From Ruditapes philippinarum (taxonomy: Eukaryota): a DNA stretch of 64,000 nucleotides. The stretch covers positions 1-64,000 of the forward strand of contig NW_026853097.1 of assembly GCF_026571515.1 (NCBI RefSeq), given 5' to 3'. The notes beneath the pieces are model-generated. The model saw only the letters and a list, made by a program, of their open reading frames with translations. It searched no databases and was not told the DNA's origin. This document shows positions 27,421-39,551 of this stretch, one piece after another (position 1 is the stretch's first letter; each line of letters starts with the position of its first letter). Both the position numbers and the translations under genes were made by a program.

Positions 27421-28609
27421 ATATGTTTAATCTAAATTGAGGATAAGGAAAACTGTAAAGTATTTATATTTGAAAAATAGGCGTGCACTCCAATATAATT
27501 CAAATAAACACATCTAGTAAATATAATAGATAAAAGAGTACATTTGTACCCACTAGTACATCATTAGTACATTTGTACTAAAATGTTTCTTTCAAAATTG
27601 TTCAACTAATGAACAAAACTTAATTGAAATCTTTGCTTTATTTAAGATTTCTACAAAATATAGAAAACTCAATTGTGATAAAATCAAACATATGTTTTAC
27701 AATTAAAATAAAATTGTCAAATTCATGAATATGTCACAACTGATATACTACTATAAACAGCATTAAGAATCAGTTGAATTACCATACACTATTCCTCATC
27801 CATGCAGACTGGACCCTATATCTTCTTTGTCTCCTAAGTGGTTCATCAGACAGACATGTCAGCTGCTTTTGCGTATCAGTACTATTCTGTCCGACAACTT
27901 TCCATAAGCTTTTGACCGATTATTCCGACGTGCTGGTATAACATATTTACCTGATGAGTCTGAAATAGAAGTATCAACGTTTGTTGAACAAAATTATCAA
28001 TATTAGGGATGGTTTGTGTAAAAGTATTAGAATGATTATCAGGGCATAGACCAGAAGATGTACCTAAATCACTCTTATGATCAACTGAGATTTCAGGGTC
28101 ACAAGCTTTACGCTTTGTTATCGGAATACCTGTCAATGGGAGTAAGAGATTCCTGTTAAGGAGTCGATGTTTTCCCTTACCATGCTCCCGTTTGATTTCA
28201 AATATCGGAACATCGGACGTAGGTTGACTGACCACCACATAAACATTTTCTCCCATCTATCAGCCAACTTTGCCTTACCCCTTATTCCAACATTCGAACA
28301 AGAACCCTATCTCAAATTTCAACCTTGGCTTCCCTGACCCGCAGATCATACCATTTCTTATGTCTTTGACCTTGTTCACAAGCTTCACGACTAGCTGCCT
28401 TATAAGCAAAGTTAAGTCTGGTACGTAATACAGAAAAATGTGTGGATTTATCTGTTGGCTTAGAACGATTAGGTTCGATACCTAAAAAAGCATCGATTGC
28501 TAGCCGAGAATGACGTCCAAACATTACAAAATGGGGTGTATACTCTGTGCTTAAATGTGGGGTTGAATTATACGCATGAACAAGTGCAGGGACATGAGCT
28601 CTCCAATTG

Positions 28610-30443
28610 CAGGGCGTCAAGTGAATTTTGGTCCAAAAAATATAGGACTTACCTCTGAAATATAGGACCATTTTCCCCAGAAATATAGGAATATATAGGA
28701 CAAGAAAAACAAAGAACTTTTGCACTTTTAAGCCTCCTCCTCCACTCACTTCACTCTTCTTTTATTTACAAGTTACAACAGGTATAACAACTTTCAATAT
28801 TTCAATAAAATTATGTCAATTAACAAAATGACATACATGTACTTGGAAAACTAACATAAATCAGTAAATGAAGCACTAGGTACTGTTCTGTATCTGTGTC
28901 CATTTATATGCCAAAATACTTATTTTAATCATAGTAACTGTTAAGCCCAGAAATACTAACTACACTGGCCTACTGTACCATACATTTGAAAAAATGTTTA
29001 ACTATTAAGATGTTTGTGTTGCAACCATAAATGCTGCTAAATTAATCTCACTTTTGCTTTGGAATGAAATGACTGGGTGTTATTGTTTTTCCTTTTTTTT
29101 TGATGAAAAATCCTCATCTTCTGTACTATCCTTTTTGTCTTTGTCCTTCAAATTACCCTTTGTTTTTATAATGCTGATTTTTCACATTATATAAAATGGC
29201 TTTGGTCAACGTTTGTCCCAGTCCATGGACAGCATTGTCCTGCTCAAACTGAACGTGTCAGCAACTAGGCAATAAAACATTTCTATAAATGTGTCTGATA
29301 TGCCATCATTAGTCCGAAAAATGATATTGAATGTGGCACATTTCATTTCCCAAATGACTCCGGCATACATCTTCATTAAGGTAAAGCATCACAAAAGTTT
29401 GGTGAACCAACAGCAGTACCTGAGCTTCCTGCCTCCTGACCTAACCTGACCTTACACTCTCTGCTGTGTTGCAAGATGCACTAGACTGTATTTTGAATGG
29501 AAGTGAAGTCTGTTTTGTTGACAGAATTGACTCACCTAATTTCTTGTGTTGTGACCCTTTTGCATGTTGAAGTATTTGATTAATTACACAGTACACTATT
29601 GTCACATTTGATTTCTGTCTTACAAAGGGTACACCTAACAATATGATCTGAACTATCTTTAACACACCATGTATGTATTTTCGTCTATTTGAATTAATTT
29701 CAGTTGAGCACTGTTTCTCAAACTTTGTTTTAGCCTTAGGCATGTTTACTCTTGTTAATGAAATACTATGCTCATTCTTTAGTAAAATATCTTTATCGCA
29801 ATCCATAAAAATTTACTTGAATAAAAGAATGAATGAACTACATGCATGTTTGGGAAGCTGCTTTCTATATTACTGGTCAAGTATAGTTGATCTTTTCTCC
29901 AAAAAAAAATGCCAGTTTTTGTTTTGTAATCACACTATATATTCATTTTGTCACCACCTATAGTGTGAAGAATTTTAAACATCACACATACTTTGTATGA
30001 AGTCAAAACATGTTTATTTCATATTTATAAAAAGAATGTGTAGCAATTATCAAATTTTCTAATATCAAATTTGAGCATTGTATATCTCAACATGAAACAG
30101 AATACTTTTTAGAATAGAATATAAGACAGCTTCACCTGCAAGAATGTTTGACTTCCCTTAAACAAATCCAGCAGGAAAAACTGGACTACCTGGGCTGGAC
30201 AGGGTAGCTACACTTATAAGAAAGATGAATTTTGAAGTAAATGTTGCATATATAAAAACAGATGACACAAACTGCTTGTAATATACAGTATTTGTTTTAC
30301 TACAGAATCCATAATTTTCTTGCTTACCCTTAAATATAGGAATTTATAGGAATTTCACAGAAATATAGGAATTTTCATGGAAATATAGGAATTTATAGGA
30401 ATTACTCCAAATTATAGGAATTTATAGGAAACTTGACGCCCTG
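28610..30443 (-). mobile_element. hAT-like DNA transposon deletion derivative inserted in Gypsy pol
   Basis: Perfect 13-bp TIR CAGGGCGTCAAGT, TATAGGA subterminal repeats at both ends and flanking 6-mer CAATTG on both sides. Minus-strand remnants of an N-terminal zinc finger (RCTLCKTEIKC...QILQHAKGSQHKK) and a WEMKC...NDGISDTF...FSLSRT block resembling a hAT-type transposase. Confidence 0.8.
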
Positions 30444-33400
30444 CAATTGGATTATCTATTTTCTGAATCAAAATACCAAATACGTCCTGTTGGTCTTTCT
30501 CCCACTTTCACGGTGTAAAGGTTTTACATTTGACTGCATACTTATTAGTAGGGTGACCCACTAAAAGATCATTTAGAGGTTTAACGATTTTAAAAAATCC
30601 TCTATATAACGTCTATAGTAACCTGAAAAACCTAGACATTTTCTTAGTTCTTTTACAAAAGTTGGAACCGGCCATTCCTTCAGGGCTCTTATTTTCTTAG
30701 GATTAGTTTCTATACCTTGAGAACTAACAACATGTCCAAGATATTGAACATGGGTCCTGAAAATTTCACATTTTTTACCTTTAAGCTTAAGGTTATGCTT
30801 TTCAAGACGAAGAAAAACTGATTCTAAACGCTGAAAATGAGAATCTATATTGTCCGAATAGATAATGATGTCATCAAGATATATGAGACAATCTTTTAAA
30901 TGTAGTTCACCCATGCAACGTTCTATTTAGGCAGAAAAGTCGCAGGCGCATTGGTTAACCCAAATGCAATTCGATTACATTCCAAAAATCGAAAATATTA
31001 AAAGCAGTCTTCTGTTTATCTTCTTCCTTCATAGTGACCTGCCAATACCCAGATCTAACTTAGAAACATACTTAAATCCTGCAAGTGAGTCAATGGTTTC
31101 GTCAATCTCAGGAAGAAAATAAGCATCCTTAACAGTACGAATATATAATTTTCGATTGTCAATGCATAAACGCAATGAACTATCTTTCTTGCGTTCTAAG
31201 AGAAAGGGCTATGAGATTCACGAATAGCTCCAGCTTCGACCATGCTCCTTAAATGTTCCCGTACTTCTTCAAACATACCTGGGGGAATACGTCTATATGC
31301 GTCTTTAAAAGGAGTCAGGTCAGTTAAGTTGATTTCATATTCAACAACATTTGTCCCCTAAAATGTAACCATGGGCCGGCTACGCCCTTTTAACATTCAC
31401 AGTAAATTTGCTTTCAGAATTATGCAACTATGGTGGGACGACAACAGACAATCCCTCAATACCTGAAGGTTTCATGAAATTCAAAATGTGTGTCCATATT
31501 ATCAATGGCACACTAACAGAATTACTAGTGTCTGGAACAATAAGTATTTGAACAGGAACAGGGGTAAAATCTGAAACAGGAAAAATATTTCCAGTAAAGA
31601 ATAACCTCAATATGGCACTTTATTACCACCAGCTCCAGAAATTTCCAAACAAAAATCTTCCGAATTGTGCATAACTGGCTGTGGATTTAAAGATTTAAAA
31701 AATGTTTCACCCAAAAGGAAAAACATTAAAGTCTCAAAAATTTTAAAGCTTCCTTGGAAAAATACCCTGGGTTTCATTTTCTAACCAATATGAGGCAGAG
31801 AAAAAACTAGGCCATCCAAGTATTATGACCACCATCTCCCTTACGATGGGGGTTTTACTTTTTGTTTAAAAAGTAACCCTTTTTAATAGGTTTTTTCAGG
31901 CTTCTCTCTTCAGATGTTCTTTTACCAAAATTTTTACCGGGGATATTTTTATAAAAACTAACTCTTCTATCATTCTTCAATCCTTTAATCTCAGCATCCA
32001 TCTCACTCAGTTTTACTTCCATACTCTGCATCTGTTTGGAAAGTGTTTGTAGTTGCTTCAGAAACTTATTCTCAACAGAGGTAGCATATGTTTGGCTTCT
32101 ACAACATCAGATTTCTCTCCTTTAGAATTTGATACCCCTGGAGAAGGTTGAATTTTACATTCAGTTTTACTTTTGATATGGTTTGAAGATGAACTTGATT
32201 GCTTAAGATCCTCTTCAATTGCCCTCAATTCCTTTCTAAATTTGTTATAGTCATCAGATTTCTCATAAAGAAAACGAGACACATTTTTCAATTCCAAATC
32301 TTGGAAACCAGACCATAATCTAATGTGAAGCATTTCTGATTTTGCAGATTTGTTAACTGGACCGGGTAATCAGCTCAATAGGCGCTCTTTTTTCATACTA
32401 TAATAAGAGACAATCTTCTCTCTGACGTTCACTATAAAACTGTTCCTTAAGACGTTCAGAAGTTTGAACGTTCCCATAAACATCTTCTAATTCTGTAAGT
32501 TTATGCGCTACAGAAGTATCCTCTCCAAGATGTAATAAATCCCTCGAGCGGTACCTTTCAGATTTACGTATGGCTTCACATAAAATATGAATGGGATATA
32601 CCTGTTCATCAATCCAACAATGATCATCATTGTTCCATACTTCAAATGAGTTGGTTTTGGGGCTCTCATGCCAGTAAATGTTGGTAAATCAGGGATTCGA
32701 TGATGAATATAATCTAACTTACCTTTCAAAGTTTGATTTGTAAGTAAAAAATGACCAGGAGTGGGAAAAAAGCGTACTTGGCGTATTTAAGCATGACTGG
32801 ACTGTTGGTCAGTGTCGCAAGGTTGCAATAATTTGGGCCTTGTTCCGGTTTTAGAAGTATCCTTTGTATAATAATTAAGGGTTACATAAGAATCATCAAA
32901 ATTATGTCAATATACATTGAATTAATATATTATCCTCTTGCCTATAATCTCGTGAACCTGTTACATCCTCATCTCTATCCTTTGGTGTTGCCATATTGAG
33001 AAAACCAAAAAATTCCAAAATCAAATACAACACAAATATAGTGGATCAAATATAAATAAATCTAGATCCAAAGAACATTTTATAAAAAAGAATCTATAAA
33101 AAGAAATCTTAGGAAAATCTGTTATGTGTCAAATGCAATGGTAATTTCACTTGCGCAAAGTGGAACAAAGTTTTTAACGCAAACAAATCAAAATTCAAAT
33201 TGCGTTACATAAAATTCGGGAAATAAAATTGTCCATCTGGTAGGCCATACTTCTGTCGAACACATAAATGATTTCATATGTACATCACGAACCATCAATT
33301 ATAACCATTTACTAAGTTTCAAACACAGTAAGACGGAAAAAAAAGAGTAAAATTGTGTCACATAATATTCAGGAAAATTGTAATCGCCTAAATGTACACC

Positions 33401-35190
33401 ATACATGCACCACAAAACATCAACATAAAATAGTACTGTATTCTGTACTCAAGTACTAACAGCAATATTTGTCACGCAAGTCACACACTATGCAATTCAA
33501 TCAAGATTCTGTGTAGTGTCAATGGCACCTCTGGTAGACCATAGTTCTCATTCAGTAACTTTTGATGATATTCAAACCATACATACAACTAATTTAACAT
33601 CAACTGGGTTTCCTTCCAGTATTTTCTAATCAATAAGTGGTAAACGGCTATACCAACCACCATTCATAATAATCAACCACAATATGAAAAGGTCACTCTC
33701 ATGTACAAACATTCATTTAATTTCAAGTAAGAAAACGTTAGCATTATACCCTGCAGTGATGTATTTCCAGCGTTTTCTAATTTACTGTAATACAGAAAAT
33801 TGAGAAAAACAAACTTCAAACAAAATCTTTTCAAAATTTTATTTCAAATTACCATTTTAAATTGCACTTTATATTTACTACAGATTAAATACTCATGATG
33901 CATCAAAACAGACAAATGCACTTTTTGGTTTGTTTCTCAAAATACTTGTAAAAAGTTACTTTTCAGCATGCAAGTTGACTAAGTTTGTTTCACGACTTAT
34001 AAACTTGAAACTCACTTCATCGCTGTAAGTTAATAAACTGGAAATATAAATAAAAACAACAAATCAATACTATGGAAATTTTAGGGTGATCACAAACACT
34101 CTACCAAGTCTCAAATATTTCTTTTAAAATTATGGAAATAAATTTGCAATTAGGTAATGGTCATCTGATTAGACACGGACAAGTAGCCAAGCTTGATATA
34201 AACATTTCAGCAATCCGCAGTACATGGAGACAAAGACATAGCAATGGTGTGTTTAATTTTATACCATTTCATTTGTATTAAATGTTTTTTAAGAGGGTAT
34301 TACACAGACATAAATAAAACCAATAATGATAATAATACCAATTATACCGCCAATACAGTTCACACGGCTAGATATTCAGGACTATTCGAAAGTTTTTACA
34401 GGAATCAAGGGCTACATAATAGATTCATGATATAGGAATCAGGAAAGTACATGTATATACATGTATGTAGGTTGGGAGGGGAGAAAAAAATATGTTACCA
34501 ATACCAATGAGTTAGGACTGTTGAATGGATGGATGACAGATGATTGAAAGAGTGCCTACAGTTACATGCATCCCATGCCAACCACTGTTACTGTGTGTGA
34601 CTGTGCTTGAAAGTACCATACAAACATACAACAACCTGAAAAATTACAAATAGCATAATTTCCAGTTTCTAAGTGAAATATTTACTTACATTACACACAA
34701 CTTAAGTTAACCTTATACTTTATAAGTTTATACTATAAAATGTCACTGTAAGATTATATTCATATAAGAAAAAGTTCAGTTTTACTTTCACTTTTAAATG
34801 TAACCAATGTCAAAGAACAGCTGCTGATGAATATATCCGGTATTACATGTCCCTGTTGTTATCACATTTAAATCCTTTCTATTGACGACAAATATGTTGA
34901 ATTAACGAACAATTTTTGACATGATCATGTAATGATAATATTAATGAGCTCAAATGATTTTATATGACGAAACAGTGCACTACTCGTATACAAATCATTT
35001 CCCATGTTTGTTTACAATAAACATTTTTTTGTTGTTGTTGTTCCGGAAATGGCTAAAAATACCATGGCCAATCTGATTGGTGGAAAATGGAAGTCTGTGA
35101 CGTCATACATGGTAATCCAACAGAATCGTCCCCAAAACGTCTCGTACGTCACCTTCTGGTGAAAATAAGGAAAGCTACACTGGCCACCAA

Positions 35191-35357
35191 TGTCGTAGGG
35201 TTCCTTTTTCCTAGTAAAGGGGGGCTGTTTCGGCCTGTAATGGCACGAAAACAAATAAAATAATTTACTTAAGTGGAAAGAAGAAGCAACACAGCCATTT
35301 CGTGGCGTAAACCAATGGAAGTATTTTCAATGTGCGCATGCGTGCCTTCCAATCCGG
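35191..35357 (-). repeat. Gypsy 5' LTR, PBS-proximal part
   Basis: Ends ...ACA on the minus strand, followed by T-TGG PBS. Homologous to 25169-25335. Confidence 0.75.
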
Positions 35358-38215
35358 GTGAGTGAATGTTAGGTCCGTCTAGAAGAAATAAGTTGTTATG
35401 AATTATAGAATGACATTGAGTGTTACATGTTGCAATGAATGAAAAGGATGAATGAAAATGAGTAAAATATGGGAAATGAATAGGACAAATATATAGGACA
35501 TGTACATATATGATATAACAAAAATGACAAACGTACAGGGGATAAATAACGACACAATATACAGTTGAGTTCACACTAAACTTCCCACCCTTGTGCTCTT
35601 CTAGTGCACTAGAGCTGAACTAGAAGTGCACACCGTGTGCATTTCTAGTGCACTAGACCACATGACCAAACTGGCCAGGGAAGGTGACACCTTAATGGTT
35701 TATTTGATAATTGCATAACTAGTGACAGGGGGCATCCATTGTTTAGCCATGGAACAGAATTAGTGCATTTATTCCATCTTGCTTGATGATATTTGGACTT
35801 ACATTATGCTTGCTTTCATATTTCTTTTTGACAATGGAAACCTTCGCTTTGCTTAATACAATTAGCATTATGATTACTGAATGCACTATCATGCAATTGC
35901 AACTTCAAATGTTCCTTTCCAAACCATCAAAACTCGCATATTTTAATATGCTTTATGTTTAGTTCCATCTGTTTTAAGGACAGCGTATTATGTTCGGTGT
36001 TTAAGTTAACATTCTTTGCTTGTTCTTGATATAACTAGATCTAAAATGGTAAGGTCATGTAAGTACCTTTATTTGCTATAAATCTGCGCCTTAAATTGTC
36101 GACACTATTTCACAAAAAATAATTGATTTTGATCAATACTTGGCGAATTTGACGTGTCTTAGCATTCATATGCTTCAGTATATTCTCTGATTACAAATAT
36201 AATGCAATACATGATCGCACAGCACCGACAACGCAGATGACAACGATAGCAATATTATAGTCGCATGTTACAGTACGCACTAAGCAGCTGGCGGTAAGCA
36301 TAATGCGAGAAGCAATATTTTGTTTTCATATTATGACAGCAATTGTCGCTTTGTGGGTACATCCCGTTATTTTCCGGATGGTCCCGCTATAATATTTTGG
36401 CACGTGGAGTAAACAAGGTTACATCCCTTTTTATATGGGCGTATACCAAACAGTGTTAGTTGGGGCTGACATTTTGATAAAATCAAGAAGACGATGCGAC
36501 AGGCGAAAAGTGCGTGTTTTTGAAGATTCGGCCAGCATGTGACAAAAATGTAGTAGATGTCTCTTATAACTCCTCCTACAAGTGGCAAATCACATCTTAT
36601 AATGATTGTTTATACAACTTTTTGAGCGTGTTCCGTAGTCGTATGTGTAATAGTGAACTTGAATTTAAAGGTATATTATGCTCAAACTTGATATTTGAAA
36701 ATATTGTTTATTGCTTCACAGTCTTTTTGTAATATAAAATAAATATCATTTGGATTCACACAAACATTTTGCTTTAAATTCTATACACTATAAGTGGGTA
36801 CTATGAATATATAGTGTTATTAAAAGAATATGGCAGTTTCTTTAAGACAGGCACAACTTTACTTGGCCCGTAATAAGGAACGCAGATTCCCATACATTTT
36901 ATTTATGTGTTTTTATTAAATAAGACATTTTCAGTAAGAATTTAATATATTTCAATAAATTTCTGTATTAAAAATATATTACTGAAAGATGCGCATAGTA
37001 TATCTTTAAGCACAAATGTATATGAATGTGGTGGTGGTGTGAGGGGTGTCTGTGACACAGTTAATTGGTGACTTGTAGATCCATTGGGCCGTGTACTATA
37101 TAATCACACACACATATGCTCATTATTTGTTATTCGCTATACACATGTCACAATAATAAACAGCTTCCTTCCTTCCTCATTATATACTGTACTGCGTAAC
37201 ACACCTATTCACCACTATATATATTAGTGACTCTGAGACATTTGTAAAGTCAATAAGCCAATAAAATTTGCCTTTTTAATGTTCAAGTCATTAGATAAAG
37301 ACCTTTGCAGCACATAGGCAGGTGCTTTACAACTGGATGACAGCATTATATGTTTTGATAAGGGAGTACACTATGACCCCTATTGCATGAAACTGACAAG
37401 TATATATTCCATCCCAGCTCATGAACTTTTCTTTGGGCTGAGCTGGTAGTTGGGATGGGTGCAGCCCTTTAGCCAAGGCCTGAATCCGCCACTGTATAAC
37501 TGCCCCCAAGAATATTTTTTTTTCTATAAGACTGTATACATATATAATATTATATTGCATTACCTTTTTCTACTTATATTTATATCCTATCCTGAGCAAT
37601 TTATTTATTTAGTGCTTGGTACGTATTTATATAATCGCCAAAGAATACCGTTGTATGGTCACAGCAGTTTATGTACGGAAAATTCCGATGCTAGGCGAAA
37701 TGTGGAAAAATTACGTTGATCTCGATAACAGAGTTCTCGCCCCTTAACATTTCGCAATCGCAAGACATTGTTTAAATTGTTTATATATATTTTAAGATGA
37801 TCAAACATAATCCAAAAAACATTAGACACCGAGCTTTATTTAGCAAAAACACTAAATAATGGAAATAAGTGAATCAAAGCTAATAAGTAATCACGCCATG
37901 TGAGCGATAAATGATATAAGTCACACTTTAACAAAATCCATCGTGTAATTTTAGGTGTACAAAAGGAAGTATAGAATAAAAAAAGTCGATTTCAAATGAC
38001 TTCTACATAAAAGTAATACAAAAAGAACTAAAGCGTAAATAGTTTGTATAGAGCATGAAGAAAGGTAGCTTATACATAAAGGTAAATGACGTTAACATTT
38101 TAATATTCCAAAACAGTACGATAAATGGCCTGTGCAAGTTTAATAGTTATCACTCAATGAAAGAATTAGTCACTACGAAAGTTTGAATGAAATAATGAAA
38201 AAAAGAATGCAGCTT

Positions 38216-38368
38216 AATGCAAAGTTACAATATCATAAAGCAGGATGAAATCAATCATAATGCAATTTCCAATGTCATCAAGCAAGATGGAATCAAGCAT
38301 AATGCAAGTTCTAATGTCACCAAGCAAGATGGAATCAAGCATAATGCAAGTTCTAATGTCATCGAGCA
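38216..38368 (+). repeat. 42-bp minisatellite, about 3.5 copies
   Basis: Unit AAGCAAGATGGAATCAAGCATAATGCAAGTTCTAATGTCA[C/T]C. Confidence 0.85.
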
Positions 38369-38704
38369 AAATACAATAAATGCATTAATTTTGTTCCATA
38401 CAATATACTGTGATAATTTAGTATGCCCGATATTTTTTAAAGATACAAATAATAAACATATTATCCATAAGATAAATAAATTTGATAACTTTATTCATGA
38501 TTTCAATATTAAAAATTTAATGTATTACTATAAAGGGAATACTTTTATTGAAGATCTCAGGAAAGTCTCAAGTTATGCTGTGTATTGGTATTTTCTGAGA
38601 GCGACTGTTTTCATTATACCACTTTCTTGCTGATAAGAGGGCCTCAGGGTAAATAACAAAAATGCAGATTATAAGTATGCATTGAAATTCCCTGGTTTTC
38701 ACAA

Positions 38705-39551
38705 AAATGCATGTAGCCGCACTCAGTTGCAGTAGCCATCGCAACTTGGGATGTGTGAACTCGCGCATAGTCGTGCAGGAGCAGAACACATTGAGTCAGT
38801 TTGCCCCTCCTTTTACGCGCGATTTCTTGACGCAGACGTCTCGATTCGTCTGCATAGTACGTACCGTTTATGGTACGACCTTGCTCAAGTCAATCATGAT
38901 TATCCCCTTACTATTAAAAATATATTGAACCCATCATCTTCCCTGCTGATGGCACCTTCTTGAATTTCTTCGGAGGGGGTGAGCTAGGGTGCTTCCACTG
39001 CATGCTCTGGGGTTTTGTTTGGATTCTGGATCGAAGTGATGGACCTATGTTTCATCCTTAGTTACGATTCGGTAGATAAAATCAGGTTAATCCTCGTAGC
39101 GAGAAAAAAGATATCTTGAAATGTCAAGCCTTGTCCGTTTCTGGTCGTCAGTCAACTATCTGGGAACCTTTGACATGCCATTAACATCAGAATTGCCTGA
39201 ACTGAACCAAAGCTTATACCCACTTCCCTAGCAATGCTTCGCAGATCTCGCATTATGTCGCAAATGACCAGATCGTCCACAGCTTCTGCAGTTGCATCGT
39301 TGGTAGCCTCTTTTGGCCGCCCAGGCCGCTCATCATCTCCAATACTCTCCTTGCCCTTCTTAAATTCAGCAGCCCATTTTTTCACAGTGCTATAGGAAGG
39401 GGACTCCGTCTCAAGTGTATCCATTAAGGCTTCATGGATTTCCTTTAAGTACTTCCCTTTCTTACATAGGTACTTAATGACGGATCTGATTTCAACTTTC
39501 TCCATTTGGTCTAAATGACACACCCCTCTCATGATCAAAGTATGTTTTATG
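38705..39551 (-). mobile_element. Decayed mariner transposase, 3'-truncated
   Basis: MEKVEIRSVIKYL...SPSYSTVKKWAAEFKKG...DDERPGRPK (HTH), then a frameshifted VTKDET*VHHFDPESK block and VLLLHDYARVH. The third catalytic Asp region is absent. Confidence 0.92.

Larger units (their letters stand above)
25169..35357 (-). mobile_element. Decayed Ty3/Gypsy LTR retrotransposon (PNMA-like gag, protease, RT, integrase C-terminal part)
   Basis: Direct repeats 25169-25335 and 35191-35357 both start TGTCGTAGGG. A minus-strand PBS TGGTGGCCAGTGTAGC abuts 35190. Gag ATG at 32994, protease remnant about 31560-31730, RT (PFKDAYRRIPP, LRLCID, CLIYLDDIIIYS, FSGYYRRYI) about 30480-31350, integrase (WRAHVPALVHAYNSTPH) about 27900-28609. 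Many frameshifts. Confidence 0.9.

Noticed and set aside
31700-31960. Programmed gag-pol frameshift signals in homopolymer runs
   Set aside because: The segment looks like low-quality consensus (as does about 3070-3240) in an already decayed element.
37027-37201. Solo LTR (TG...CA with TATA and AATAAA)
   Set aside because: No TSD and no second copy in the window.
38217-38633. 138-aa repeat protein ORF
   Set aside because: The frame is kept open by a 42-bp minisatellite followed by AT-rich non-coding sequence, with no splice or homology support.
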